Virus record (IMG/VR): IMGVR_UViG_3300044739_000018
Coordinates: 1-64,000 of that record
DNA: 64,000 bases
Strand: one strand, 5' to 3'
Source of the DNA: a virus
This document shows positions 37,808 to 47,815 of the stretch, one piece after another. Within the stretch, counting starts at the first letter, position 1; each line of letters opens with the position of its first letter. Under the pieces are notes generated by a model. It was not told the DNA's origin and did no database searches. It saw only the letters and a list, made by a program, of their open reading frames with translations. The translations under genes were made by a program, and so were the position numbers.

Positions 37808-38305
37808 CTAGCCGGAGACGCTGACAAGAGACCAAAGGGCCTCATCAGCAACGCACTCGTTGTCGTCGCAGTTCTCGCCACAAATATGGTCTCGGTGCGC
37901 TGCGATGGCAGCGATGAGGCGGTTCCTCTCACGCACGGCGAACACAACTTCCTGTCCGTCGCGGGTTCCTTCCCGAAGCAGTCTCGCTTCGAGAAGCTGG
38001 TTCTCTACGCCTGCCTTGAACCGCAAGGCACCTGCGCGCCAGCGTTCGTAGCCTGCCTGATCGCGCTTGGCTACGTTGCCGGTGGCCTTTGCCGCCGCAT
38101 ACTCGGCCTTCTTCGCCGCAAGCTGGCCCTCCACCGACTTCTTCATCGAGACGAGGGTGAAGTACCAGCGAGTGACAGCGTCGGGATGACGCAGCAAGGA
38201 AGCCCGGCCATCATCCGGGTTCCTCACTGCATCATCCACGACAGACTTGAAGTCCTCGTCGGACAGGGCCATCAGCAACTCGGGGGTGCTGGTGGCCGTC
38301 GTCAT
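37808..38305 (-). CDS. Hypothetical protein
   Basis: TAATG-coupled ORF; start ATG 38305. Confidence 0.55.
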   Translation of the reverse strand: MTTATSTPELLMALSDEDFKSVVDDAVRNPDDGRASLLRHPDAVTRWYFTLVSMKKSVEGQLAAKKAEYAAAKATGNVAKRDQAGYERWRAGALRFKAGVENQLLEARLLREGTRDGQEVVFAVRERNRLIAAIAAHRDHICGENCDDNECVADEALWSLVSVSG

Positions 38306-39192
38306 TAGGACGACGGGCCGGTTGCGCCGAGCAGGTGCTCCGTGGCCTGGACCCACTCGTTCAGAGCGGTGACCGCAGCCAGGTTGCCCGGGATGCCCTT
38401 GGGAAAGAGCAGCCCGATGAGGGTGTCCAACGTGTCGTCATCGAGGTGGATGCCCTCGACCACGAGCGCGGCACGGACGGGGGCAGAAGCCTCGGTGCGG
38501 TCCTTCTGGATCGCACGCTCCCGCTGAGCACGCCGCTCGGCCATGACAGCCCGCGTGGTGCCCTTGGGACGGCCACGAGGACGCTTGGTCGCCTTGACCT
38601 TCGGCTCGGCCTCGACCGGGGCAGTCTCAGCCGCCAGCTTCTGGGCCAGCTTGCCGTCCGGCTTGCGGATCACGCACCACTTCTCATGCGGCGCACGAGC
38701 AGGCTCGCTCATGGTCTTGTTGCAGTTGCGGCACTTCACCATGTTGTGGCTGCGCTGGTGAACGCGCACCGACTTGAGGTTGTCGAACTCCTTGCCACAC
38801 CCATCCTCGGGGCACTTGAACGTGACCGATTGGACGGGAGCAGTGGACTTCGCCTCAGCGGGCGGGTCCAGCACCGCAACATTGCTGCCAGTATCAACGA
38901 CGCCCAGAGGCTCCGCGATCTTGGCTTCGGATGCAGACATCACCTTCTCCTTTGTAGGACCTCGCATGAAGTCCTGTACGGGTACTCCGAGCACGGCCGC
39001 AGCCTTTCGGAGTGCCTTCCAAGGCGTGGGAGTGTTTCTCCCAACCGCCGTCAGTTGCACTCTGTGATCGCGGTATGCGAGCACAGTATGACCGCCGTTG
39101 CCGCCTATCTCCTCAAAACCCCACGACTTCAAGAGTGCGAGGGCATTTCGATTGGAGATAGGAGCGGCAGCGGCCGAGCGTCTACGCGCCAC
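38305..39192 (-). CDS. Multidomain nucleic-acid-binding protein: HicA-like N-domain, C2H2 and C2HC Zn fingers, AT-hook
   Basis: LKSWGFEEIGGNGGHTVL; FKCPEDGCGKEFDNLKSVRVHQRSH; CRNC..HEKWC; KRPRGRPK. Confidence 0.6.
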   Translation of the reverse strand: MARRRSAAAAPISNRNALALLKSWGFEEIGGNGGHTVLAYRDHRVQLTAVGRNTPTPWKALRKAAAVLGVPVQDFMRGPTKEKVMSASEAKIAEPLGVVDTGSNVAVLDPPAEAKSTAPVQSVTFKCPEDGCGKEFDNLKSVRVHQRSHNMVKCRNCNKTMSEPARAPHEKWCVIRKPDGKLAQKLAAETAPVEAEPKVKATKRPRGRPKGTTRAVMAERRAQRERAIQKDRTEASAPVRAALVVEGIHLDDDTLDTLIGLLFPKGIPGNLAAVTALNEWVQATEHLLGATGPSS

Positions 39193-40090
39193 CCTTCTTG
39201 CTCCTTTCCTTCAGGAACTGGTGTCCCTTGCGGGTGATGACCCGACCGCGGTCAGTCAGTTCCACGTAGCTGCTGTTGAGGAGGAGTCGTTCCAGATCAA
39301 CGACAACACTCTCGTTCAGCCGCAGCAGGTTGCTCAGGGTCTTGACGCCTGCCTTTCCACCGAGCCGGTTAAGCGTCTCGATGTAACGAACATGCTGCAC
39401 CGAAAGACCGCTCTCGTCAACCCGGCACAGTTCGAATACCTCTTGGGCAGTCGGTGTGCGCTTGTTCACAGCAGTGAGGTCCCTTGCGGTAAGCACGAGC
39501 TGGCGTGCGTTACGCGGAGTGCCTGCCGCAGCCCGACCGAACTGGATGCAAGTTTCCTCGTCCAATTCGACGCCAGCCTTGACAGCCATGCCCCTGACGA
39601 TGCTCCCCATGTCCTCGTCCGAATAGTCGTCGAACTCGGGACGGATGAGAAAGCGGTCGAACAAGGGACGAATGAGGGACTGCCGTTCCGTGGTGGCTCC
39701 CACGATCATGAGCAGTCCCGCGTGGATGCGTCGGCCACTGGAGTCCTGTATGTAGTTGAACTCCAGCAGCGGAAGCAGTTCCTCCTGTTGCTTCTTGGAG
39801 GCACGATGGATCTCGTCCAGCAGCAGCACACCATCGAACTGCCGGACGATGTTCGTCAGGGTGGCAGTGTTGATCGGCATGGTGAAGGACTCGAAGTCAG
39901 CAAACATTCCGTCGCCAATGATACGGGCGAGGCTTGTCTTTCCAAATCCAGCAGGCCCGTGTAGTAGGACGGGATCGAGAGCCGTGCCAAGCTCTACGGC
40001 GGCTGCCATGCGCACCTGTAGCTCGGCCTTCAGCGGTTCTTGCCCGATGAAGTCGTCCCACGTGTCAGGGCGAAGGGTATCTTCGCTCAT
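39182..40090 (-). CDS. ruvB: Holliday junction branch-migration ATPase RuvB-like
   Basis: LRPDTWDDFIGQE, GPAGFGKTSLA, LLDEIHR, VGATT, PLFDRF, GTPRNA, GVKTLS, TDRGRVIT. Confidence 0.85.
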   Translation of the reverse strand: MSEDTLRPDTWDDFIGQEPLKAELQVRMAAAVELGTALDPVLLHGPAGFGKTSLARIIGDGMFADFESFTMPINTATLTNIVRQFDGVLLLDEIHRASKKQQEELLPLLEFNYIQDSSGRRIHAGLLMIVGATTERQSLIRPLFDRFLIRPEFDDYSDEDMGSIVRGMAVKAGVELDEETCIQFGRAAAGTPRNARQLVLTARDLTAVNKRTPTAQEVFELCRVDESGLSVQHVRYIETLNRLGGKAGVKTLSNLLRLNESVVVDLERLLLNSSYVELTDRGRVITRKGHQFLKERSKKGGA

Positions 40091-40118
40091 TGCACTCCTT
40101 TACGTTTCGGTTAGGCCA

Positions 40119-40148
40119 AGCATACGCACTGGCTTGGCTCAGTGTCAA
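40119..40148 (-). promoter_or_regulatory. SigA-type promoter of ruvB (TTGACA-N18-TATGCT)
   Basis: Consensus -35 and TANNNT -10 in the intergenic gap. Confidence 0.7.
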
Positions 40149-40152
40149 TACG

Positions 40153-41023
40153 TTACGCCATGCCCCGTCGTCGCATCTCCAGCATGTATGCCGTGCGCTG
40201 ACTGTGCATTTCGCGGCCCGTGTCCGTCTTTGGGTCGATCATTTCGCCGCGGGCAAGAAGATCCTGCCGCACCTTGTTGAACCTGCTGGACAGTTCGACC
40301 TCGGTGAGCAGCGACACGTCCTCAACGTTGATTGGGGCTTCAAGTTCGAGGCCCTCCATCAGTCGCTTGAACTCGTCGTCCGCATCAGGCGGCTCCATCG
40401 TGCTCATCGGCTGTGTCAACCTCCTCTCGTAGTCCCGCAGCTCGCGGGTCCAGGCATTCTCGGAGCGGGGCAAGCCAATCGGCTTCCACTTCTTCCGCTT
40501 CTTCTTCCGCTTTCCCATGGTCAGGCGCTGGCACGCCGCCTCCCTTCGATGATGAGCCGTTCGACCTCTGTGATGAAGTTCTCAACCTGCTCGTTCCGCT
40601 TGACCGCGGCAGACCACACGTTGAAACACTGCCCGCAGTAGACCGAGGGCGGGTTGGTGGCAGGACGCCACGGACGATGCGGCGTGATTGCGTGGACCTT
40701 CCACCGCCCGCACCATGCGTGGTCCTGGTTGACGCGGACAGCATGGATCTTGCTGGCCCGCTGGCTCTCGGAAAGTCCTTCAACCAGCGGGCCAAGCTCG
40801 GCCAGGTATTCGCGGATTCGTTCTGATTCGCTCACGCAGTTGAACCCTCCGCCGAGTCTCCCGTGACCTTGAACACCAGCGTGTTGCCTTCGTGTCCATA
40901 GATCTCGAAGTTGAAGCCCTGGATCTCCCCGACACCTGCCCGCTCCTGTACGAGAGCGGCAAAGTCGGGGGCATCACACTTCAGCAATTCGTCCAGGTCC
41001 ACGCGGACCATCTTGACGATCAT
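40153..41023 (-). CDS. Three hypothetical proteins (40153-40518, 40521-40835, 40832-41023)
   Basis: Contiguous minus-strand ORFs. Confidence 0.5.
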
Positions 41024-41583
41024 GCCTTCTCCTTTTCCATGTCCTTCACCATCCGTGTTGCACGCTGGACGGCGCGAGCCAACTTGGTCTCGTCAGACAA
41101 TGCACGGGACTTGATCTTCTCTCCGGCAAAGGCTGCCCGCAGCGCCTTGCCCGCCTCGATGCCGATGAAACGGTCAACGAGCCGAATGTAATGCCGGACG
41201 AACTCGGGGCCATGGTGAGCCACGTGCTCGTCCGTGAGCTTGTGTGCCAGCGCGTGCAGTACGGAAAGGTGGTTGCGATCCTGCAAGCTCAGGCAGTCGT
41301 AGCCCGGCTTCCAGTCGTTGCGCACCAGGTCGCAGTACTTAACCTTCCAGTCCACCACGGCTGGGTTCAGGTAGAGACCAGCGGGAGCGTGCTGCTTCCA
41401 CCAACGGGAGTTGATGACCTCCCGGACGAAGATGTCGGTGTCCCACATGCGCAGGGCTGGGAACAACAGCATGCTGTTCGGAGCGTTCTTCTTCGCCTTG
41501 CTCGCACGAAGACGGGCGCCCAGGATGAGTGCTTCCTCGGCCCGCCACACCTTGGCCCGCTGGCTGTCGCGGGGCCGGGTCAT
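41020..41583 (-). CDS. HExxH zinc metallopeptidase-like protein (Rv0185/TIGR04338-like) with HALAH in place of HELAH
   Basis: N-terminal RDSQRAKVWRAE; VLHALAHKL...HHGPEFVRHY. Confidence 0.6.
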   Translation of the reverse strand: MTRPRDSQRAKVWRAEEALILGARLRASKAKKNAPNSMLLFPALRMWDTDIFVREVINSRWWKQHAPAGLYLNPAVVDWKVKYCDLVRNDWKPGYDCLSLQDRNHLSVLHALAHKLTDEHVAHHGPEFVRHYIRLVDRFIGIEAGKALRAAFAGEKIKSRALSDETKLARAVQRATRMVKDMEKEKA

Positions 41584-41773
41584 TCGTGGATCTCTACGGT
41601 GACCTCAAACTCCGACTCGTCGAAGTCAAAGCCCTCGATCACCACGTCGGCCCCGCCGTGCTGGCCGTTCAGGGTGACCGTGACGGTGTGGATGATGTCT
41701 GTGTCCGCCTCTTGAAGCACGGACTCCACGGCGTCCGCCGCGGTGTGCATGACGCCGCTGTCGAGGGTGTCCA

Positions 41774-42154
41774 TCAGCCCTCCTTGCTACCAAGCTCGGC
41801 AGCCATGGCCTCCAGGGCGTCGAGCACCTTGCGCTCCTCGTCCTCGGTTGCCTGCTTGGCTTCCTTGCCCTCCAGATCGGCTGCCATCAACAGCAGCTTC
41901 TCCTTCACTCCAGCCACGCTCTCCTTCTGAGCAGGAGCGGACGGAGCAGCGCCGCCAAGCTGGCGGTCGAGTTCACGGATGTGCTTGCACTCGAACTTCA
42001 CACCCATGCCGCCAGCCTTGTTCCGGCCGATGGCGTAGGCCGTGCAGTTGCAGGACCAGAAGTCACCCTCGGAACCCCACGTCACGACGTAGTTGCGAGA
42101 GCTGGACTCGGAGCTGACCTCGTAGAAGTCATCGCCCCTCTTAGTTACTTGCAT
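41774..42154 (-). CDS. SWIM zinc-finger protein
   Basis: YVVTW...WSCNCTAY...CKHI. Confidence 0.75.
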   Translation of the reverse strand: MQVTKRGDDFYEVSSESSSRNYVVTWGSEGDFWSCNCTAYAIGRNKAGGMGVKFECKHIRELDRQLGGAAPSAPAQKESVAGVKEKLLLMAADLEGKEAKQATEDEERKVLDALEAMAAELGSKEG

Positions 42155-42314
42155 CGGTACCTCCCTGTTACGGTTTGGTTTGGTTTGTTATGCGGGGCCG
42201 AGAAACGTGTAGCGCCACAGGCCCCCGAAGGAACCTGCGATCCCGTTCTCGGGAACGCCTCCCGACCCCGCAGTTCAGTTTGCACGAGGATTCCACGCTT
42301 CGCAAGCTGGCAAA

Positions 42315-42355
42315 CGAAAATTTGCCACCCCGAAGCTCGGGAGTCCCAGTGTTGA
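42315..42355. repeat. 41-bp dispersed repeat, copy 2 (intergenic)
   Basis: CGAAAATTTGCCACCCCGAAGCTCGGGAGTCCCAGTGTTGA. Confidence 0.8.
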
Positions 42356-42356
42356 C

Positions 42357-44937
42357 TTACGGAGCGGGCGGCTCCAGGATGGCCCGGATCAGTTCTTCTG
42401 TGAGGAAGTCCAGACCTGTCGCATCTTGGTTGACCAGCTTGTCGTTGCGCTCCAGCACGGCACGCACGTTGATGCGCAGCATGGGGGCGATGGCTTGGAA
42501 CAACTGCTGTTGCATGTTGCTCAGCATGTTCAGGAAGTCGGGCGGTAGGTCAGGTTCCATGCTTCTCCTTCAAGTTACGGATGTACTCCTCGACGTGCTT
42601 ATCCTCCAGGAACTCCTCGACTATATCCATCACGAGGTTCGTGACGTGGGAGTACTCGTTCCCATAAGTCGGTGAGGCGTAGGCTCCGCCGCCCTTGGTG
42701 CAGGTCTTACAGAGGTAGCTGCTGTCGGTGTCCTGTGACATGGTGTCCAGGCGGACACTGTGGTGCCTGACAACATCAGCGATGGCCGCTCGCAGGTCCT
42801 TCATTGCTTCGGCAGACATCTGTAATGAAAGAAGCGCCCGCACTCCAACTCCATGCAGTCGTCGTACTTGTGGATCAGCTCGGAGCACCCTTCGCAGGTG
42901 CGTGTGGTGTGGGCCATCAGTCCATGTCGATGGCGTAGCGCGGGCCTTCGCTGGCACGTGACCGCCAGTCTCGGGCAGCACGACGGACGTTCTCCAGTTC
43001 GTCCTGCCGACGCCGATGATTGTGGCTGTCGTAGGAGAGCGTGGGGTTGTGGTCGGTGTTCTCGTACACAGAGACGGACGATGAGCCAAGGACGGCGGTC
43101 ACCCAAATGACCACACCGTCTGGCCCCTTGACGAGCACGCTCTCGAAGTCCTTGAGAACGTGGTCACAATGCTGGTCGTCTCCGAACTCTCCCTCACAGA
43201 CCTTGCACTTGCCTTCCTGGCCTTCGTACTTGTGGTCAGCCATCAGATCAGGATGGCAACAGCGATGAGAACGGCTGCGATGAGGATGAAAAGGCGCGTA
43301 ACCCACACGACGCCCTTGTTCAGCGGTTCGTTGCTCATGATTCCTCCATGTCGTTGACCGGGCGAAAGCCGTGGCAGTGGTCGACCCACGTGCGCCGCCA
43401 TCTTGACCAGCGCATGCCTCCTACTTCGTTGGCCCCGTAGGTCAGGCACTCTCCGTAGAAGGCGCCGCCGTCTCGGGCGATACTCGTGTGATGCCTCGTG
43501 GCAGTGCAGCCGCACTCGCAGAGAGCAACGGGGCTGTTGGCCCTCATCGGTTCCTCTCCACGTATGCGGCTGTTGCTGCGTCCATAGCAGCAATGAGTCC
43601 GTGGTCCTCGTAGGTGAAGGCGAACCGCCGGATGTCATTCCACCGGTGGCGTTCGCTCACCAGCAGCTTGCGGAGCGACTCTACCTGCCTGGCCTGCTCC
43701 CCAAGGGCCACCTCGCGCTCCACAACGTCGGCGTAGAGCACGCTGGCCTCCTGGTTCAGCTCCTGGATCACGGGCCAGATGGCATTGGTGCAGAGCGTGA
43801 CGACTTTGAGTTTCATGGGATGGTCCCACCAGTCGGGGACCTTGGCGTCTACGGCGTAGGAGAGCAGCCGCTCGATGTTGTCCCTGTCCATGGACTCAGC
43901 CATTGATCGGCACCACCTTGTGCTCCTTGTGGATGGAGCAGAAGTATGGGATGTGCTCCGTCGTGTTTGGGTTGCGGGCCAGGTACCTGCATTGGCAGAA
44001 CCTCTCCAAGTACCCGCGGGTGAACCCCATGATCCTGAACAGAGCGACGGCCTCGGACTCATGCTTGACCTGCTCGATGGCTGGTGCCGTGATGCCATCC
44101 TTGATGAACTCGAACACCCATTCCTCGGCGTTCTCGTCGCGTCCTTCCTGCGCAGCACGGGCAACGTCGGCCAACGAACGTGGCCCACCTTCTTCACCCA
44201 AGAAAAGCAGGCACTGACGGATGCCCTTTGCAACTTCCTGGACGAGCCGGTCCATCACCGGGTCGTCAAACAGCAGGTCATCGGACACGGAGGTACTCCT
44301 GGATGGCCGCGCTGATGGCCGGGGGACGAATGCGATCCTTGTGGATGCGCTCGGCCACGTTGATGGCTGCCTCTAGGGCGGCAGGGTTCAGTTCTGAGTA
44401 GGTCTTGTGCGGGCGCACGGCTGACCGGAACCAACGCCGCTTCTCCCGCAGGCCGGGTGGTGTGGGCGGGCACTGATCCATGCCCGAGTGCATGCCGTTC
44501 GTGCCATGGCAGTTCGGGCAGATGTAATCGTCATTCCACTTTGCCACGTCGCCTCCTTTCCTCTGAGTAGGCACGAACCTCGTCGTACCAGGCTTGGTTG
44601 TGCGGTTCGTCCTTGCCGCGGTGGCAGGGGCAGATACAAAAACCACCCCCAGCAACGCCGCGAGCACGCTCGGACGCCGTGGGGGTGTTCTCGTACCTTT
44701 CGCACTCCCCATGGTCCTCGTCCATACAGGAGTCGGACACAAAGGGGTAGGCCACTACGCCGCTCTGTCGTGCCTGCTGCCGCGCTTGAGCAGACCACGC
44801 GTGGTTGCCCACAGCACGGTGCCCAGGCCGATGATGAGCACCGGCACGCCGAAGATGCGGAAGCGGTACAGAACCGCAGCAGCGAACCACGTTGCCGCGA
44901 TGCACGCGATGAGGGAGAACCAGTCGCCCTTGTCCAT
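42357..44937 (-). CDS. Cluster of roughly ten small hypothetical proteins, many Cys/His-rich (e.g. 42357-42560, 42550-42819, 42917-43243, 43335-43547, 43544-43903, 43896-44288, 44755-44937)
   Basis: Contiguous coupled minus-strand ORFs; no recognisable domains. Confidence 0.45.
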
Positions 44938-45308
44938 TAGAAATCACCTCCGCCGCCACCACCGGAGTCGAAGCTGCCTCCGCCCGAGTCGTATGAGGAC
45001 CCCGAGTCGTAGCTGCTCCCACCACTGTCGTAAGACGAGCCGCCCCCGTCGTAACCGGACGAGCCGCTGTCGCCGCTGGAGGACTCGGAGCTGGTCTCGG
45101 CCGGGGCACACTCGGTGCTGGCCTCAGAGGCCGTCTCCGTGGCCTCAGGGGCACAATCAGCGTCCCGAGGCTCCTGGTCGGTCCTGTTGGAGTTGTCGAT
45201 GTAGAGCGGGTTCACGTACCCCGGGTGGAGCATGGTGTTGGTGGTCGTCTGCTGCACGAAGGGCCTACTCGCGGGCCGGTTACGCCGACGCCGAAACCAG
45301 TTTCTCAT
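44937..45308 (-). CDS. Small protein with a low-complexity S/G/D/Y tail (SSYDSGG repeats ending GGGGGGDF)
   Basis: SD AGGAGG; start ATG 45308; tandem SSYDSG repeats. Confidence 0.6.
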   Translation of the reverse strand: MRNWFRRRRNRPASRPFVQQTTTNTMLHPGYVNPLYIDNSNRTDQEPRDADCAPEATETASEASTECAPAETSSESSSGDSGSSGYDGGGSSYDSGGSSYDSGSSYDSGGGSFDSGGGGGGDF

Positions 45309-46605
45309 TGCCTTCCTCCTTGAAGAATGAACGTTGAAGTACTCGTGTCTCGTGGGCTGTCGGTCCATAGGATGTCAGGACCACGGGCCTGCTCAGGTGA
45401 TGCTCGATCATGTCAAGGTACGCCGACTTCGACACGTTCGTCAGGACCGGCAGGAAGTCCTTCATCAGCAGCGTGGTGTCACGCCCGCCGAGGTAGTAGT
45501 CACCCGGCACGACGCCACTCGGAGCGTCGTAGCTGGTGCAGATCGGCATGCCTTCGTCGGGCACGCGGTCCATGTGGGTGACAGCGAGGCCGTCAACGTC
45601 GCTGGCTGTGATGGCGTACTGCAACACGGGTAGGTCCAGGTGGCCGTTGCGCCATGCTCCCTGCCAAACGCCCGCCCCGTTGTGCAGCTCGGGAATGTCT
45701 CGCGTCATGTGGAAGTCCTCGGTCACCATCGGACCCGGGCCATGCCTCGTGGTGTAGGAGCGGATCACACCAAGGACGGTGACGTTGCGCCGCGTTCCGG
45801 TACCACTCAGCAACTCCAGGGCGTTGTGTCGTGTGGTCTTGGACCACGTGGTGTAGGGGTGGAAGCCGAACTGTTCATCCAGCAGCACGCCCTGTGCCCC
45901 CTCGAACACGATGTTCTCGTAGTTGCGAAGCGGATTGCCTGCCTCGATCTGAACGACGTTGCCGAAGTCAGCGTAGGCGTCCAGCCATTCCTTCATCTTC
46001 GGGTAGAGAATGTTCTCCATGGCCTGGCCCCACATGTCCTTGTCCACCGTGCGGGGCACTTCGAACTCGCCCACCGCATCCTTGGCGTACCGGAGGAATC
46101 GTTCCAGCATGACCTGAGAAAGCACTCGGTCAGTCAGGTGTCCGACGCGCAGGACTGATTCCCACCCGGAATGCGACTGGTGGATGCGTCCTTCTCCGAC
46201 ACCCTCACCCGTGGACCCATGCCGGTCAATCCCTCGGCTCAGTTCCCGCAGTCGATTGAGCGACTTGTGGGCGGGCGTGAGGACCATGGCTCGCGTGTCG
46301 ACGTGCAGCATGGAGAACGGGTCCTTCACGCCTACCGAACGCAGGTGCTCGGCTTCCTTGAAGGCGTTGAGGGGGTTCACCATCATGAACTTCGACAGGT
46401 AGGTCGAGGACCCGGCAAGTGTGCCCGCACCGAACTGCGAGAAGGTGTGGTGCTTGCCATCCCACGTCACCACGTTGTGAGCGGCTTGTGGCCCGCCGCA
46501 ATAGCGGACCACAAGCGCGCCTCTCTGCTGACGACAGAGGAAGTCAACAACCTTCCCCTTGCCAGCGTCACCAAAGCCAAGGTCAACAACGACCGTTGCC
46601 TTCAT
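45280..46605 (-). CDS. Adenylosuccinate synthetase-like (PurA-like) protein with a divergent substrate loop
   Basis: LGFGDAGKG, GGPQAAHNV, HGSTGEGVG, FEGAQGVLLD..FGFHPYTT, YTTRHGPGP, THMD, SYGP. Confidence 0.85.
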   Translation of the reverse strand: MKATVVVDLGFGDAGKGKVVDFLCRQQRGALVVRYCGGPQAAHNVVTWDGKHHTFSQFGAGTLAGSSTYLSKFMMVNPLNAFKEAEHLRSVGVKDPFSMLHVDTRAMVLTPAHKSLNRLRELSRGIDRHGSTGEGVGEGRIHQSHSGWESVLRVGHLTDRVLSQVMLERFLRYAKDAVGEFEVPRTVDKDMWGQAMENILYPKMKEWLDAYADFGNVVQIEAGNPLRNYENIVFEGAQGVLLDEQFGFHPYTTWSKTTRHNALELLSGTGTRRNVTVLGVIRSYTTRHGPGPMVTEDFHMTRDIPELHNGAGVWQGAWRNGHLDLPVLQYAITASDVDGLAVTHMDRVPDEGMPICTSYDAPSGVVPGDYYLGGRDTTLLMKDFLPVLTNVSKSAYLDMIEHHLSRPVVLTSYGPTAHETRVLQRSFFKEEGNEKLVSASA

Positions 46606-47540
46606 CGGGTCAGAGCAGCCTCGACGGCCTTGATGGTCACGTCCTCGGTCTCGTGCTCACGCAGGTGCTCCAGTCCCTCGGAAAGCTCGATGGCCTCCTC
46701 GGCAAGCCCCACGGTCACAGCGATGACCTCGGCCACGCTCTCACCGCGGTCGTCCAGCAGGATGACGTTCTGCCCGAGCAGACCCTGCCATGCCTTGATG
46801 ATGGCGTCCTGGCTGCCGCTGTCGGTCGCAGGGATGAGGACGTAGACCTCGTACTTCTCCTGCAACTCGGCAAGGATGTCGGTGGTCGGGATGTTGTCGG
46901 TGATCTCGTCACCGATGACACGCCGGACCTCGCGAGCCTTGACCTGCGGGTAGGGAGCCTCGTCACCGATGATGAAGGCGTAGCCCTTGTGCTGACGCTT
47001 CTCGAAGCACTCGATGTAGGTCTTGCGGGCGAGGTAGTACATGCCCAGCTCGTAGGACTCGTAGCCCCAGCCGCCGCCGTTGCCCTCGATGAAGATGTTC
47101 TTCAGGTGCTCGTCCATGCGGTTGTCCGCCTCGAACTGCGCCATCTGGAGCGGCACGCGGTCAGACGTGGCGTCACCGACAGCCCCGAACATGATCTGCG
47201 GGTCCTCGACGTAGCCCTTCATCTGCACCAGCCCCAGCAGGGCGGGCAGCTTCTTCAACAGCGTCTCCGGGATCTCGCCCATGCTGCCGGTCACGTCGAA
47301 CAGCACGGCCACAGCCACGCTCTTGGGATGCTCCGGCAGGTCCATGGACTCGCGGATGTTGTCGCCAGCGTGAACGCCGTTGTTGTTCACGCTCTTGGGA
47401 TCGAGCGTCTCGTGCGCCTTCCACTCTGTCATGCCACGGCTGCGAGTCGTGTCGGTGTACTCGAAGCCGCTCTTGCCGGAACGCAACGTCGCACCAGTGG
47501 TGCTGGCGTAAACGTCCGTTGACCAGTTTCCTCCGCCCAT
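46602..47540 (-). CDS. von Willebrand factor A domain protein
   Basis: MIDAS-like FDVTGSM, GAVGDA, EGNGGG..ESYEL, IIGDE; start ATG 47540 with SD AGGAG. Confidence 0.8.
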   Translation of the reverse strand: MGGGNWSTDVYASTTGATLRSGKSGFEYTDTTRSRGMTEWKAHETLDPKSVNNNGVHAGDNIRESMDLPEHPKSVAVAVLFDVTGSMGEIPETLLKKLPALLGLVQMKGYVEDPQIMFGAVGDATSDRVPLQMAQFEADNRMDEHLKNIFIEGNGGGWGYESYELGMYYLARKTYIECFEKRQHKGYAFIIGDEAPYPQVKAREVRRVIGDEITDNIPTTDILAELQEKYEVYVLIPATDSGSQDAIIKAWQGLLGQNVILLDDRGESVAEVIAVTVGLAEEAIELSEGLEHLREHETEDVTIKAVEAALTR

Positions 47541-47815
47541 CAGCTTTCTCCTTGGTTGTGTTCGAAATTTCGCCCCACCGGGGGTTGAGAGTCTGAGTGT
47601 TGACTCTCGTTGATGAGGGTCCGTTGCTGCCGAAGAAGCAGCCAGAAGTACAGCCACCCAAACGGGACCATGAATAGGCCCATCACGAAGGCGTCAGCCC
47701 AGCCGATGTCCGCGGCCCACCCGCTAAAGGCGATGTTCACCAAGCCGGTGAGTGTGCAGGCACCGATGCTGCCAAGCAGTCCGTGAAGGACTGGTCGTTC
47801 GTGGAGCAAGCTCAT
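47540..47815 (-). CDS. Small two-TM membrane protein between the kinase-like and VWA genes
   Basis: Hydrophobic; overlap-coupled on both sides. Confidence 0.55.
   Translation of the reverse strand: MSLLHERPVLHGLLGSIGACTLTGLVNIAFSGWAADIGWADAFVMGLFMVPFGWLYFWLLLRQQRTLINESQHSDSQPPVGRNFEHNQGES
47563..47603. repeat. 41-bp dispersed repeat, copy 3
   Basis: CGAAATTTCGCCCCACCGGGGGTTGAGAGTCTGAGTGTTGA. Confidence 0.8.

Noticed and set aside
39866-39873. Fifth copy of the 41-bp repeat (AGTGTTGA inside ruvB)
   Set aside because: Only the terminal 8-mer matches; the upstream AAATTT/CCCC/TYGRGA elements are absent
45280-46605. PurZ / 2-aminoadenine (Z-genome) pathway
   Set aside because: The P-loop keeps Asp (GDAGKG) rather than the PurZ Ser, the aspartate-binding loop PurZ needs is missing, and the neighbours are VWA/kinase genes rather than DatZ/MazZ/DpoZ
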